Notes under the pieces: generated by a model | Databases searched by the model: none | What the model was told of the DNA's origin: nothing | The model's input: only the letters and a program-made list of their open reading frames with translations | From: Amoebidium appalachense | Lineage: Eukaryota > Protista > Ichthyosporea | NCBI GenBank assembly: GCA_963693365.1 | Contig: CAVNZM010000001.1 | Location: 2,062,907 to 2,126,906 of the forward strand | Length of the DNA: 64,000 nucleotides | Direction of reading: 5' to 3' | In this document: one piece after another, positions 50,929-64,000 of the stretch | Layout: each line of letters starts with the position of its first letter | How positions within the stretch are numbered: the stretch's first letter is position 1 | Position numbers and translations under genes: made by a program

Positions 50929-53900
50929 TCAATCCACAATATCCGGTAAACAAAGTCGAGCACGATGGTGGACATGACTCGGGCCGGGGAGGGGTAGTAT
51001 GTCAGCTAGTTGTGGGCTGACTCAACGTAGTGGACAACCACGTCCCCACTGGCAATGTAGTCCTTGGTGTTGTGATACCGGACGGCAATGTGTTTGGTCG
51101 GTCTTGATGCCGGTGGAGTTGACGATGGCAATGGTCGACTGGTTGTCACAGTACACCGGAGTCGGAGCAAGCAGGGACAGCCGAGTCTTGAAGAGGTCAC
51201 GGACCCAAGCAACTTCTTGGTGCCAGCATTGAGAGCAACAGCTCAGCTTCAGTGTCTGGTGGCCGTGATGGGCTGGAGCTGGAGTACCAGATGACGGGCA
51301 ACCAGCAAACACGATAATGTAGCCGGTGGTAGACTTCTTGCTGTCGGCACAACCAGCAAAGTCAGCATCCGTGTAGCATTCGAGTATGGGGGACTGGGTG
51401 GCCGAGTACTTGTAGTCAATGCCAAGGTCAATGGTGCCGAGCAGGTACCGGGCCACACGACGGAGAAGGTCCCAGTGAGTCTTGCCGGGGTTGGTGCTGA
51501 ACCGACCAAGGAAGCCGATGGCATAGGCAATGTCGGGACGTGTGCACCGTGCCACCCAGAGGAGACGGCCGAGTAACTCACGGTAGGGCACGGTGAACGG
51601 TTGGGGGGGGCAATCAGCCAGGGAGACGGTGGTGCCTGCAGGGATGGGGGTAGACTTGGACTTGGCATCGGTGAGGTTGAAGTCGTGGATGATATCCATG
51701 ATGTAAGACCTCTGGTGCATGTGGAGGTGATGGGGATCAGAGTGATTAAAATCAACACCGAGCATACGGTCAAATGGACTCATACGACAGCTGGCCATCT
51801 TGCTGATGTGGGCAGCCAGGTCACTGGCAGCAGTAGAACCCCGGGTGTTGGTGATGGTGGAGTCATCGACGTAGTTACCAGCCCGTACCACATCGTTGTT
51901 GGGGAAGAACCGGAGGTAGATGCACGGGTCGGTCTTAGTACGGGTCAGGCCATGGGCAAGAAGAATGCCGTCGAGGAAGTCGTACCAAGCCTTGGAGGCT
52001 TGCTTGAGGCCGTACAGGGCTTTCTTGAGTCTCCAGACCTTGCCAAGTGTGGCCATGGTGATGAATCCCGGGGGTTGTTTCATGTAGATGGTCTCGGTGA
52101 GTGGGCTGTTGAGAAAGGCCGTAGACACGTCGAGTTGATGTATGTCATGACCTTCAACAACGGCCAGAGCTAGGATGGCACGGAGAGCAGCCGGACGGAT
52201 GACAGGGCTCTCAATCAACTCATAGTCAACACCGTATTGCTGACTGAAGCCTTGAGCAACACCACGTGCCTTGATCTTGGTGTCACCAGCCGAGTTGAGA
52301 GTTTTCTCGGAGACAATCCACTTGAAGCCGACGATGTTAGCACCAGGGGAGGGTCAACAAGTTCAAAGATGTCTTTGTCGACGAAGGCTTGATACTCAGC
52401 AGTCAGGGCTGACTTGACCTGATCACCATTGGGTCCGGAACAGAGTTGACGGACAAGTTTGGGTAGTTGGTCGATGTTGATGGGGGGACCGGGGGGACTG
52501 GCAGGGTGGTGGTGGCTTGAAGTCCAACCTTGCCCTGGAGACGGGCAGAACGACGGGGTGCAGGAACCGGGGTAGGTGGAGACGGTGGGGGGGGAATTGG
52601 AAGTTCGGAAGTGCAGGGGGGGCAACCTCCGGGCTGGACGGGGCCGAGTGGAAGTTGTCGGGGGAGCCGGGTCGGATGGGTGTGACGTTGCCAGGGCCAG
52701 GATGAGGGTCGGCAGGCTGGACGGGCACGGGGGCAGGGGGGCCGGTGGGGGGGGGGTGTCGGGGGAACGACGATGGCAGGAGGGGGGCCAGAGTACACCA
52801 GACAAACATCATCTTCAGTGTCAACTGTGGGGGGTGGGGTGGTCGAGGTAGCAGTGGTGTCGGGGGTCGGAAGGGTTGATGGAATGTCGGACGGGAGATA
52901 AGCTGATTCGTCGAAAATCACATCACGGAAGAGGCCGACACGATGGGTGGTGGCATTGAAGATCCGGTGGCAGTGTGATTGAAGATCATAGCCGATATAC
53001 ATGCCGAGTTTGACGGTGGGGGCCAGCTTGTTCCGTTTAGAGGCTGGCACGTGAGTGTAGGCAGGGCAACCGAACACTTTGAGCTCGGAGATGTCGGGCT
53101 TGACACCGTAGAAAACCTCGAATGGTGTACGACCATTGGCAGTCGTGGACGGGGTGACGTTGATGATGTAGGCGGCATGTTGGAGGGCCTCAGCCCACAG
53201 TTTGGGAGACAGAGACTGATCTTGGACTTGATGGAGGAGGCAACGGACAATCTCTTGGAGGAACCGCATACGTCGTTCAACATAGCCGTTCAGTTGAGGG
53301 CAGTCCACCGGAGCATAGCTGGCCTTGATGCCCTGGGAGAGGCAAAAAGCACGGGTATCCTTGGAGGTGAACTCAGAGCCGGAGTCGAAGTGGTAAACAC
53401 CAACTTTGGAGGGGGCATGGGTGGCAACGAGGTTGGTGTGAGCTGTGAGAATATCCAGGGTGGTGGTACGGTCGGCCATCGGGTAGATCTTGACGAGGCC
53501 AGAGGCACGGCAGACAGTGACGAGAGCAACCTTGGAACCTCCGTACGATGTTGTGGTAGGCTCAAAAAAATCCCAATGCCATTCATGACCGGGGATGTTG
53601 GAGTGAGGACGGTCACCCCTGAACGGAGCCTTGGTGGTCTTACCCATAATGCAGCCATGACAATCAGGAACATCACAGTCGAGGACAGAGGAGGGGAGAC
53701 CAATAACAAGGTCGTGTTTCACCATGTCCTTGATGCTGGTCATAGCTCGGTGCCCCAGACGATGGTGCCAGATGGATGGGTTAACACTGGTAGTGGCAGC
53801 CAGAGCCACAGGACGAGTGGGTGGTTGAATGGTGTAGTCCTTGAAGTAATACAGACCGTTGTGTAGACGGAGGTTGACGAGATGACGGCCGGTGAGTCGG

Positions 53901-55315
53901 TCGAAGAGGAATGACGGAGTGGAGGCATCGTTCAAATCACCCTTGATGTATTCGGCAGCAGCTTGGGATGTTGAAATGAGGAAGGCTTGGCCAGACGGGG
54001 TGTAGTAGGCTTCAATGGTTAGGGTGGTAGTGCCATGGTCGGTGGTGGTGTTGATGACGATATGGCCGGTGTGAGTGGCCAAGACGGGGGTGCCATTGAA
54101 GGCAGCAACGGGAGTCGGTGTCGGAAGGGGAGTGAGGTCATGGAAGAACTCACGGGTGGGGCAAACAGTCATGTTGCACCCGGAATCCCAGGCAGGGTCG
54201 GAGGACACGGGGACGGAGCTAGCATTGTATGCCGAGAAAGCAAAGGAGACAGATTTCTCACTGCCTTGACGGGAACGGTTGTGTCTGGACATACGGCATT
54301 TCGGCTCAGGGCAATCGATGATCGTGTGATCAGGCTCGTGGCAGTAGGAGCATTCTTTCACGGACGGGGTGTTAGAACGAGCCGGGGAATCAGAACGACG
54401 GGAACCCGAGAAACGGGAACGACTGGGGGAACGAGACGTGGACCGGAAGGCAGGCCGGTGGGGGGAACGGGATCGGGTGTGCTGACGGGAGAGACGAGTT
54501 CGGAGGTCCGTGCCAGAGGTACGGTCAAGTCGGGTGCGTAAGTCACGGCGAGGAAGATCACGGGGGGGAGCACTGGCATTTAATGCCATGCTGGACTTGG
54601 AGGCACGGTGGGCACGGTTGTTCCGGAGTTGCATCTTGAGGTCTTGACGTAACTCGATGCCCTTGACGTGGTTATGGAGGGACTCGAAGTCGGGGAATAG
54701 CTTATCACCGAAGTGATAGTCTTCGATAAGACGATTGAACTCAGGGGTGAGGTCGTCTCTGGTGGTGAGTTCATTGAAGAACTTCTCAGCTAGACGAGTG
54801 AAGTGAATGGACTCATCTTGGAGAGACTGGAGCTGGTTCACGATGGTCTGCAGACGGCTCAGGTAGGTGGTGAATGATTCACCGGGCTGAAGGGCACAGG
54901 CATCCCACTGACGGTGAAGGATGCGGATCTGATCGGGTTTGCCTTGGAGATAGTGTTGACGGAATTTCCACATGGCCCGTTCAGGGTCCATGCCAATACG
55001 GTACTGGGCAACGGTGGTGAGGACGGAAGGGTCGATGTTCTGTATCATATGGAGCAGGAGGCAATTGCGGGCCTCTTTGAGTTCCGCGGTAGTGCCGTAG
55101 CCATAGAAGGGGGGTTCACCGTCAACCGCGACGGTGGTAGGGGGGACGTAGTTGTCAGCAAGGACAACATCCACGAGTCGGACACCTTTAGTGCCGGTCA
55201 TCATGCCGAGAAAAATGATTTCCCATTGAAAATAGGTAGTATTGCTATCGGGACCAGTCTTCCCTTCACCTTTCCACATGGTGATTTTGTTTACGCCAGT
55301 TTTGTTTGGATCCAT
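50929..55315 (-). CDS. Copia-A Gag-Pol polyprotein with small frameshifts
   Basis: Gag-NC-PR-IN in ORF 52403-55489, RT-RH in ORF 51022-52218. Confidence 0.88.
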
Positions 55316-55377
55316 GATTGAAAAACGAGCGCGAGTTCTAGATGTGTGTAGGGAGCGTACAAAAGGGCTGCATAACC

Positions 55378-56302
55378 TGTTAATTTCTATAAGTATTTGG
55401 GATGTAAGCAGAGACACAGTGGTGCAGTGTGAAAACACCACAGACACACACAACAACAAAACACGGAACGATCGGAGCAGTGTACACAACAGACATCAAT
55501 GTTTAGACACGACTGAACTGAATTTATTCTGATCTTCGAATAAATACCTGAAATTCCTCTAAGTCCAATCCATACATGATTTCCGACCAGTCGGAAATCA
55601 GATCCATCTCTAATAGAAACCAATCACTAAGAACCAATTGCTTTCAGAGAGATCCGGTACGCGGAGGCGTACACGATAGGACACAGACACTAGTTAGGAT
55701 CAACTCGTGTCATCATCAAGGAAGTTCTAACCTATGACATACTGCAAAGACTCAGACATATCACACTTAACCTTGATGATTGGTTAAAGCCCGGCAACAC
55801 ATGAAAACTAAAGTGAATTAATGAAGTCTAAACACACATGCTATTCTAAGTGTAGCCTAAGTGTGTTACCGTCCAATGAACACGTATTAAGTAACACAAA
55901 TCTACCTAACATATATTAGTAGAAAAGAAATACGATTATACACATGAAGACAAGGAGAGAAAGAAAAGAAAATAAGGAAGGAGAAAGAGGAAGGAAAAGA
56001 GAGCACAGATCAACAAACAAGATAGTAATAGCATAACTATAACCAGAGATATTTATGTACACACGAACATGTACACGTCTCTCCCTGAGTGGGTGGATCC
56101 GTGTACACACATATAAATATTCTAATCGATATTACAATACACGATTAAAGCCGATACAACACGATTACAAGTATACAAGCATATCGGAGATCGATGCTAC
56201 ACTTTACATAATAGGAGTGTGGCATTTACACTAAGCATATGAACTGAAACATAACACAAACTGAGAAGATCTTACCATATGTAAATACTACGTATTACAA
56301 CA
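55378..56302 (-). repeat. LTR-A, 5' LTR, interrupting the LINE RNase H
   Basis: 925 bp TG...CA. Confidence 0.95.
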
Positions 56303-58400
56303 GGGGGTGAGCAGGAGGGCTAGTAGTACCCCTGTGAGTTCGGCTTGGGTGGATGATAGGGCCGTATGGAGCCTGGTCTTGGCCGTCACTGGAGGTGCTT
56401 TCCGGTCCGGGGTGTCCAGTACCGCCCCGGCTCCGGCCTGGGCTATCCTCCTGCCCGGGTGGATGAGGCTGCCGTCCGTATAAACGGTGATCGGTTGGTC
56501 TGGGGGGATCAGGGTGATTTGCTGCTGCCACTCGTCATAGGTGGCCTGGGGCACCAAGTCGGTGTAGGTGAGCCTACGGGGAGTGGGTGGGCTCGGCAGG
56601 TCAGCCGGGTGGGCCGTGCACTTGTGTCCTGGTGGTGACCCTACCGGTGGTGGCTGCTGGGGGGGGGTGGGCCGGGGAGGTCCCCCGGTAAGGGTGTGGC
56701 TTCCTCGTTGGCTTGCAGGTGGAGCATCTGGGGTGATGCCTGTTGGTGGGGGGGAAGATGCCGCCGGAAATGGTGTATCTTCCTCCACTGCTCGGCCGGA
56801 TCGGAGCCATCCTTCAGTGCGATGACTTGGTAGATGTCGATACTGTCGGTGTTGATGAAGTCCTTGTGGTACTTCGGGACTACCATGTGGGTGGTGATTC
56901 GGGTCTTGAAGGCCACGTAGGGGTCTGCCCGTATCACCTCCACAGCACGGGTCCACCCCACACACTGCTTGTTGTGGGTGTGATTATCGGCTGGGGGCTC
57001 AGGGGGCTCGTATTTGCTGTTGGTGCTGTCGGTGTTAGAGTCCTCTGAGTCGTCGGAGTCGTCGCTGGGCCCCGTCGACTCCGATTCTGGCTCCGTGTCT
57101 AACCCTTCCCCCTCTCCGTCTGCGTACCCGGGGTTGGGGGAGAGGGTGGCCGGGGTGTAGGCTAGGTTCCATGGGGAGTGGCCGTATTTGCAGTCACCAG
57201 GGCAAAAGCGGAAATGGGCTGTTCCATGTGGGTCGTTCCACGTGGGTCGGTGCCATCTCAGCCCCTCCTCCTCTGTGTTGTCCCGTAGATGGGCTATTTT
57301 GACCCAAGCCTCCCCGTTGTGGGTGGTGTGGGCCACCACCTGGCTGAGTTCGTATTGCCCGTTCTTGACTATTTCCACCACGAATGCACCGACGGGGTGG
57401 TTTGGCACGAGGTCAATGGTGTGGTGGGTGTGTGGTCTGGGTGCTGGCCGTAGTTTGTCTGCGATGGGGATGGCCCCCTTGATGATGGACCTGTACCACT
57501 GTGTAGCTCCCGGGTGTAGTAGGTCTGGGGGGTGGGGCAGTTCGGGGAACGCCCGGAACACCCCCGGCCGTACCATGGTGTCCTCCACCGTGTAGAGTTG
57601 ACGGGGGTGTGTGTGGGGGCCGATGTGGGCCGCAAAGGTGTGGTCCGGGAAAACGGTGTTGATAGGGGTGCTGGTTGTTGTTGCTGCTTCCCCTCCTTCT
57701 CCTTGGGGGGAGGGGGGGGGGGTGGGGTGGGGGTGCTTGTTTTTTTTGGGGGAGGGGGTTTCCCCAATACTCAGGTGCCGCTCGTGAAGGATCCCCGTGA
57801 TATGGGCCCAATAGTTGTGAAGCTGCTTTCCCCCTAGCCTGTAAAGTTTGGCTGGGGGTGCTTGCAGGGGTGGGTAGGGTAGGCCTGTCACGTGTTGCTG
57901 CTGCCAGGCTCGGTACCGGACCACGTCCCCTGCTGGTCCTGGTGTTTCCAGCAGGGCACACAGCTCCGTAACCATGGTGCTGGCTGCTGATTCGACGATG
58001 CTGGCCAGTCCCCCTAGAGTTGGATGGTGTAGCAGCCCGGACGGGGTGCTCCGGTGGAAACCACACTTCCGACGGAGTAGGTCTCTCCACTTGCTGTCGA
58101 TTGCCTGCATGGTGGTGTTGCTGATGACTGACCCTTTGAGGAGGAAGAGGATGGCCGGGGCCACCACACTGTTGGCTACGTAGATCACTTGGCTGGGTGC
58201 CAGCATTTTACGGGCTAGTATGGTGGTGGCCCGTAATGTCAGCTGCATGGCCTTCCCATCGTTGGGCCGGGTGTGTCGTTGGAGGGTGATGTTGACCCCT
58301 AGCACTCTGATGTTTGCATCGGGGAGCTCGATCTGAATGGGTAGGGGGTGGTGCTCCCGGGGATTTGCGGTACTGCATGGGGGCCACTGTTGCCCGTGTT
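56303..58400 (-). pseudogene. LINE ORF2 C-terminal part (thumb, linker, RNase H start), frameshifted
   Basis: IRVLGV, LHHPTLGGL in ORF 56641-58515; VYTDGS in ORF 56288-56965. Confidence 0.78.
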
Positions 58401-61400
58401 GGGGTACCACGGGCGAGGACTGAAAACTTGTCTGGGTGTGGTTCCAAGTCATGGTAATAAAAAAAGGGGGCAGATAAATCGAGAGTTTGCTGGATGCTCT
58501 CCTTGTTGGGGCCAAACCATGTTGTGTCGTCGGCGAAGGCTACAGACGTCACACACGGGGGTGTTTGTGCCGGTGTGTGGTGCTGTGTCTGTGGGGGTAG
58601 GTGGAAAGTGTACCCCTTGCCGTGCCTTTTTATGGCTGTTAAAACTGGATCGTAGAAAATAATCCACAGAATGGGGGAGAGGACAGCCCCTTGGGCCAGG
58701 CCGTTTTCAACAGGGAAAGACTCAGTGTGCCCCTGGTCTGTGCACACCGTGGCCGTACGACTGTGCCACATGTGCCGGAGGAGGGTGATTAGCTGGGGGT
58801 CTGTGCCCAGGCGGGTGAGCCCCAGTTCCACCGAGGGCCAAGACACCGTGTCATATGCCCTCTTAATGTCCTGTTGGACGATCCATAATTCCTGGTCGTG
58901 GTCTATGGCATCCTCTATCGTCTCTCGGATGATAGCCAGCGCCCCGTCGATACCCGGGCCCGGCACGAACCCAAAATTCCCCCCCGGGAGGAGGGTGGGG
59001 TACTGCCGGAAGATCGAGAGTAGGCGCTGGTTGATGACCGATTCTAGCAGCTTCCGTGCCGTTTCCAAGAGTGCTATCGGTCGGGTTTTGTCGAAGTCAC
59101 CTTCCCATTCCCCTTTCGGTAGGGGATGGATGGTGTGGTGCAGCCATGACCTCGGTGTGGTCCCCGTGGCCAGACATCCGTTGATGATATGTAGGAGCCA
59201 TGCTAGCCCCTTTGGCCCCAGGTTTTGGAAGTATTCGTACTGGATTTCCGTTGGGCCGGGGGCCTTCCCCCCCTGTCGGCTTTGGACGATCTGTTGGAGC
59301 TCGTCGTGGGTGGCCGGGTGCATTATAGACCCTAATGGGGAGTCTTCGGGGGGGATCGGTCGATAGATGTCGGCCCACATTGGGTCGGCGAGCATCTCCT
59401 CGATGTGTGGGTTCCTGCGGGCCGTCCACCGGTGATAAGTTTCACGAATGACGGGCTCCGTGTCAGCCCACTCCGTGAGGTACTCAGTGCCCGTTGGGGT
59501 GACGTGCTTGACTAACGTAGCCGAGACGTTCACACTCCCCCGGTCTAAAATGCTGCTTAGTGCTCGCCGGAGTTCGTCCACCATACGCTTGCACCGTGCT
59601 TCTGCTGCTGCTGTTGCCCGTAGCCAAAGGAGTTTTTGCCGTTTCCTTCGGAGTTGGGACCTGTATAGTTGTAGTTGCTCCCGCATGGTTGCCTCCCACT
59701 CCTCCCACTGCCTCCCTGTCTGAGACAGGTGGGCTGCTGGGGGGGTGGGGTGCTGCTGCAGGGTGGGTGACCCGTGCCGTGCCTGCTGGCCAGGGTTGCA
59801 CTCTGCTGCTGTGGGCCGTTGCGGCTGCGTGGGTGTGGTCTGTAGCTGTTGGTTGCCCGTGGGTGGCCCTGGCAGGGTCTGCAGGCGGGGTGGCCCCTGC
59901 TTTGGCTGCTGGTGTGGGCTGCCTGCTTGGGCTTCAGCCTGCGGCTGCTGCTGCTGGCTTGGTTGCTCCTGTTGGTGCTGTCGGCTGGGTGGCCCGTGCT
60001 GGGCCTGCCGGCCGGGGCTGCAATCTGCTGCTGCATGCAGCTGCTGCAGTGTGGGTGTGATTTGTTGCTGCTGGCCGGGTAGCCCATGCAGGGCCTGCAG
60101 GCTGGGCGGCCCCTGCTGTGGCTGCCGGTGTGGGCTGCCTGCTAGGGCTGCAGCCTGAGGCTGCTGCTGCTGGCTTGGTGGCTCCTGTTGGTACTGTCGG
60201 CTGGGGGGGCCGTGCTGGGCCGGCCGGCCGGTGCTGCACACTGCTGCTGCAGGCAGCTGCTGCAGTGTGGGTGGGGTCGGTTGCTGCTGGCTGGGTGGCC
60301 CCTGCTGTGGCTGCCGGTGTGGGCTGCCTGCTGGGGCTGCAGCCTGAGGCTGCTGCTGCTGGCTTGGAGGCTCCTGTTCGTGCTGTCGGCTGGGTGGCCC
60401 GTGCTGGGCCGGCCGGCCGGGGCTGCGATCTGCTGCCGCAGGCAGCTGGTGCAGTGGGGGTGTGGTCGGTTGCTGCTGGCTGGGTGGCCTTGGCGGGGCC
60501 TGCCGGCTGGGTGGCCCCTGCTGTGACTGCCGGTGTGGGCTGCCTGCTGGGGCTGCAGCCTGTGGCTGCTGCTGCTCGCTTGGTGGCTCCTGTTTGTACC
60601 GTCGGCTGGGTGGCCCGCGCTGGGCCGGCCGGCCGGGGCTGCAATCTGCTGCTGCAGGCAGCCACTGCAGTGTGGGTGTGGTCGTTTGCTGCTGGCTGGG
60701 TGACCCTGGCAGGGCCTGCAGGCTGGGTGGCCCCTGCTGTGGCTGCCGGTGTGGGCTGCCCGCTTGGGCTGCAGCCTGAGGCTGCTGCTGCTGACTGGGT
60801 GGCTCCTGTTGGTGCTGTCGGCTGGGTGGCCCGTGCTGGGCCTGCCGGCCGGAGCTGCCCGTCGCTGCTGCAGGCGGCTGCTGCAGTGTGGGTGTGGTCG
60901 GTTGTTGCTGGTTGGGTGGCCCTGGCAGGGCCTGCAGGCTGGGTGGCCCCTGCTGTGGCTGCCGTTGTGGGCTGCTTGTTGGGACTCCAGCCTGAATCTG
61001 CTGCTGCCAGCTGGGTGCCTCCTGCTGGTGCTGTCGGCTGGGTGACCCGTGCTGGGCCTGCCGGCCGGGGTTACCCTCCGCTTCTGCAGGCAGCTGCTGC
61101 AGTGTGGGTGTGGTCGGTTGCTGCCGGCCAGGTGGCCCTGGCAGGGCCTGCAGGCTGGATGGCCCTTGCTGAGGCTGCCGGTGTGGGCTGCCTGCTGGGG
61201 CTGCCGCCTGAGGCTGCTGCTGCTGGTTTGGCGGCTCCTGTCGGTGCTGTAGGCTGGATGGCCCGTCCTGGGCCTGCCGGCTGGGGTTGCAGTCTGCTAC
61301 CTGCTGCTGCTGCCGTGTGGGTGTGGTCGGTTGCTGCTGGCTGGGTTGTTCTGGCAGGGCCTGCAGGCTGGGTGGCCCCTGCTGTGGCTGCAGGTGTGGG

Positions 61401-64000
61401 CTGCCTGCTGTGTCTGCAGCCTGAGGCTGCTGTTGCTGGCGGGGTGGCTCCTGTTGGTGCTGTCGGCTGGGTGGCCCGTGCTGGGCCTGCCGGCCGGGGC
61501 TGCACGCCGCCGCTGCAGGCAGCTGCTGCAGTGTAGGTGTGGTCGGTTGTTGCTGGCTGGGTGGCCCTGGCAAGGCCTGCAGGCTGGGTGGCCCCTGCTG
61601 TGGCTGCCGGTGAGGGCTGCCTGCTGGGGCTACAGCCTGCGGCGGCTGCTGCTGGTTTGGTGGCTCCTGTTGGTACTGTCGGCTGGGTGGCCCGTGCTGG
61701 GCCGGCCGGCCGGGGCTGCAATCTGCTGCTGCAGGCAGCTGCTGCAGTGTAGATGTGATCGGTTGCTGCTGGCTGGGTGGCCCATGCAGGGCCTTCAGGC
61801 TGGGTGGCCCCTGTTGTGGGCTGCTGGCGGGGGCTGCAGCCTGAGGCTGCTGTTGCTGGCTTGGTGGCTCCTGTTGGTGCTGGCGACTGGGTGGCCCATG
61901 CTGGTCCTGCCGGCCGGGGCTGCCTGCTGGGGCAGCGGCAGGCCGATGCAGCAAAGTGGGTGTGGGTTGGTGCTGCTGGGTGGGGCTGCAATCTGCTGCT
62001 GCAGGCAGTTGCTGCCGGGTGGGTGTGGTTTGTTGCTGCTGGCCGGGTGGCCCATGCAGGCCCTGCAGGCTGGGTGGCCCCTGCGGTGGCTGCCGGTGTG
62101 GGCTGCCTGCTAGGGCTGCAACCTGAGGCTGCTGCTGCTGGCGTGGTGGCTCCTGTTGGTACTGTCGGCTGGGTGGCCCGTGCTGGGCCGGCCGGCCGGG
62201 GCTGCAAACTGCTGCTGCAGGCAGCTGCTGCAGTGTGGGTGGGGTCGGTTGCTGCTGGTTGGGTGGCTCTGGCAGGGCCTGCAGGCTGGGTGGCCCCTGC
62301 TGTGGCTGCCGGTGTGGGCTGCCGGCAGGGTCTGCAGCCTGCGGCTGCTGCTGCTGGCTTGGTGGCTCCTGTTCGTGCTGTCGGCTGGGTGGCCCGTGCT
62401 GGGCCGTCCGGCCAGGGCTGCAATCTGCTGCCGCAGGCAGCTGGTGCAGTGTTGGTGTGGTCGGTTGCTGCTGGCTGGGTGGCCCAGGCGGGGCCTGCAG
62501 GCTGGGTGGCCCCTGCTGTGACTGCCGGTGTGGGCTGCCTGCTGGGGCTGCAGCCTTTGGCTGCTGCTGCTGGCTTGGTGGCTCCTGTTTGTGCTGTCGG
62601 CTGGGTGGCTCGTGCTGGGCCTGCCGGCTGGGGTTTTCTGCTACCTGCTGCTGCTGCCGTGTGGGTGTGGTCGGTTGCTGCTGGCTGGGTTGTTCTGGCA
62701 GGGCCTGCAGGCTGGGTGGCCCCTGCTGTGGCTGCAGGTGTGGGCTGCCTGCTGTGTCTGCAGCCTGAGGCTGCTGTTGCTGGCGGGGTGGCTCCTGTTG
62801 GTGCTGTCGGCTGGGTGGCCCGTGCTGGGCCTGCCGGCCGGGGCTGCACGCCGCCGCTGCAGGCAGCTGCTGCAGTGTAGGTGTGGTCGGTTGTTGCTGG
62901 CTGGGTGGCCCTGGCAGGGCCTGCAGGCTGGGTGGCCCCTGCTGTGGCTGCCGGTGAGGGCTGCCTGCTGGGGCTACAGCCTGCGGCGGCTGCTGCTGGC
63001 TTGGTGGCTCCTGTTGGTACTGTCGGCTGGGTGGCCCGTGCTGGGCCGGCCGGCCGGGGCTGCAATCTGCTGCTGCAGGCAGCTGCTGCAGTGTAGATGT
63101 GATCGGTTGCTGCTGGCTGGGTGGCCCATGCAGGGCCTTCAGGCTGGGTGGCCCCTGTTGTGGGCTGCTGGCGGGGGCTGCAGCCTGAGGCTGCTGTTGC
63201 TGGCTTGGTGGCTCCTGTTGGTGCTGGCGACTGGGTGGCCCATGCTGGTCCTGCCGGCCGGGGCTGCCTGCTGGGGCAGCGGCAGGCCGATGCAGCAAAG
63301 TGGGTGTGGGTTGGTGCTGCTGGGTGGGGCTGCAATCTGCTGCTGCAGGCAGTTGCTGCCGGGTGGGTGTGGTTTGTTGCTGCTGGCCGGTTGGCCCATG
63401 CAGGCCCTGCAGGCTGGGTGGCCCCTGCGGTGGCTGCCGGTGTGGGCTGCCTGCTAGGGCTGCAACCTGAGGCTGCTGCTGCTGGCGTGGTGGCTCCTGT
63501 TGGTACTGTCGGCTGGGTGGCCCGTGCTGGGCCGGCCGGCCGGGGCTGCAAACTGCTGCTGCAGGCAGCTGCTGCAGTGTGGGTGGGGTCGGTTGCTGCT
63601 GGTTGGGTGGCTCTGGCAGGGCCTGCAGGCTGGGTGGCCCCTGCTGTGGCTGCCGGTGTGGGCTGCCGGCAGGGTCTGCAGCCTGCGGCTGCTGCTGCTG
63701 GCTTGGTGGCTCCTGTTCGTGCTGTCGGTTGGGTGGCCCGTGCTGGGCCGTCCGGCCGGGGCTGCAATCTGCTGCCGCAGGCAGCTGGTGCAGTGTGGGT
63801 GTGGTCGGTTGCTGCTGGCTGGGTGGCCCAGGCGGGGCCTGCAGGCTGGGTGGCCCCTGCTGTGACTGCCGGTGTGGGCTGCCTGCTGGGGCTGCAGCCT
63901 TTGGCTGCTGCTGCTGGCTTGGTGGCTACTGTTTGTGCTGTCGGCTGGGTGGCTCGTGCTGGGCCGGCCGGCCGGAGCTGCAATCTGCTACTGTAGGCCG
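58208..64000 (-). CDS. LINE ORF2: Gln/Pro repeat region fused to reverse transcriptase; frame appears open to the window edge
   Basis: ORF 58208-63298; codons from 64000 read RPTVADCSSGRPAQH in the same frame. Confidence 0.82.
59720..64000 (-). repeat. Coding tandem repeat, about 216-bp (72-aa) unit with a 1344-bp higher-order duplication
   Basis: QHGPPSRQxQQEPP unit; shadow ORFs recur at an exact 1344-bp offset (61537/62881, 61777/63121, 62156/63500). Confidence 0.92.

Larger units (their letters stand above)
50130..56302 (-). mobile_element. Copia-A near full-length element (3' LTR partial)
   Basis: 5' LTR 55378-56302, PBS, gag-pol, C-rich 3' UTR, PPT, 3' LTR start at 50521. Confidence 0.93.
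56303..64000 (-). mobile_element. Non-LTR retrotransposon (LINE) with RT and RNase H; 5' part off window, 3' end cut by Copia-A
   Basis: KAPGP, RPIALL, NFGF, QDIKRAYDTV, GLAQGAVLSPILW, AFADD; RNase H VYTDGS...SSTQAEL. Confidence 0.9.

Noticed and set aside
60118-63996. Long alternative-frame and antisense ORFs in the repeat
   Set aside because: Shadows of a GC-rich, stop-poor tandem repeat
59720-64000. CRISPR-like array
   Set aside because: No unique spacers or cas genes; it is a coding minisatellite in a eukaryotic LINE

Overview
Eukaryotic repeat-only window with no host genes. It is a deeply nested retrotransposon pile-up. Contents: (1) three Ty1/Copia families (A: 925-bp LTR, about 16 LTR copies or fragments; B: about 1-kb LTR with a GA/TC microsatellite; C: one near-intact element with 765-bp LTRs) plus a scrap of a fourth. 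All three use half-tRNAiMet-type primer-binding sites. (2) A truncated DIRS/Ngaro-type element. (3) An RNase H-bearing LINE whose RT ORF carries a more than 4-kb in-frame Gln/Pro tandem repeat. (4) An unclassified 1-kb insertion ending in a long hairpin with tandem G-A mismatches. (5) A 660-bp non-autonomous TRIM whose 289-bp LTRs each carry a complete tRNA-like Pol III unit (Helenus/TRIMp3-like), inserted with a 5-bp TSD. Most notable: the tRNA-bearing TRIM, a 30-nt cDNA copy of the tRNAiMet half-molecule primer fixed next to an LTR, the G-A hairpin element and the Q/P-repeat LINE. Homopolymer frameshifts and two degraded stretches (about 41.6-43.5 kb and 49.2-50.1 kb) suggest long-read consensus errors. 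All calls are from reading the sequence; no searches were run.
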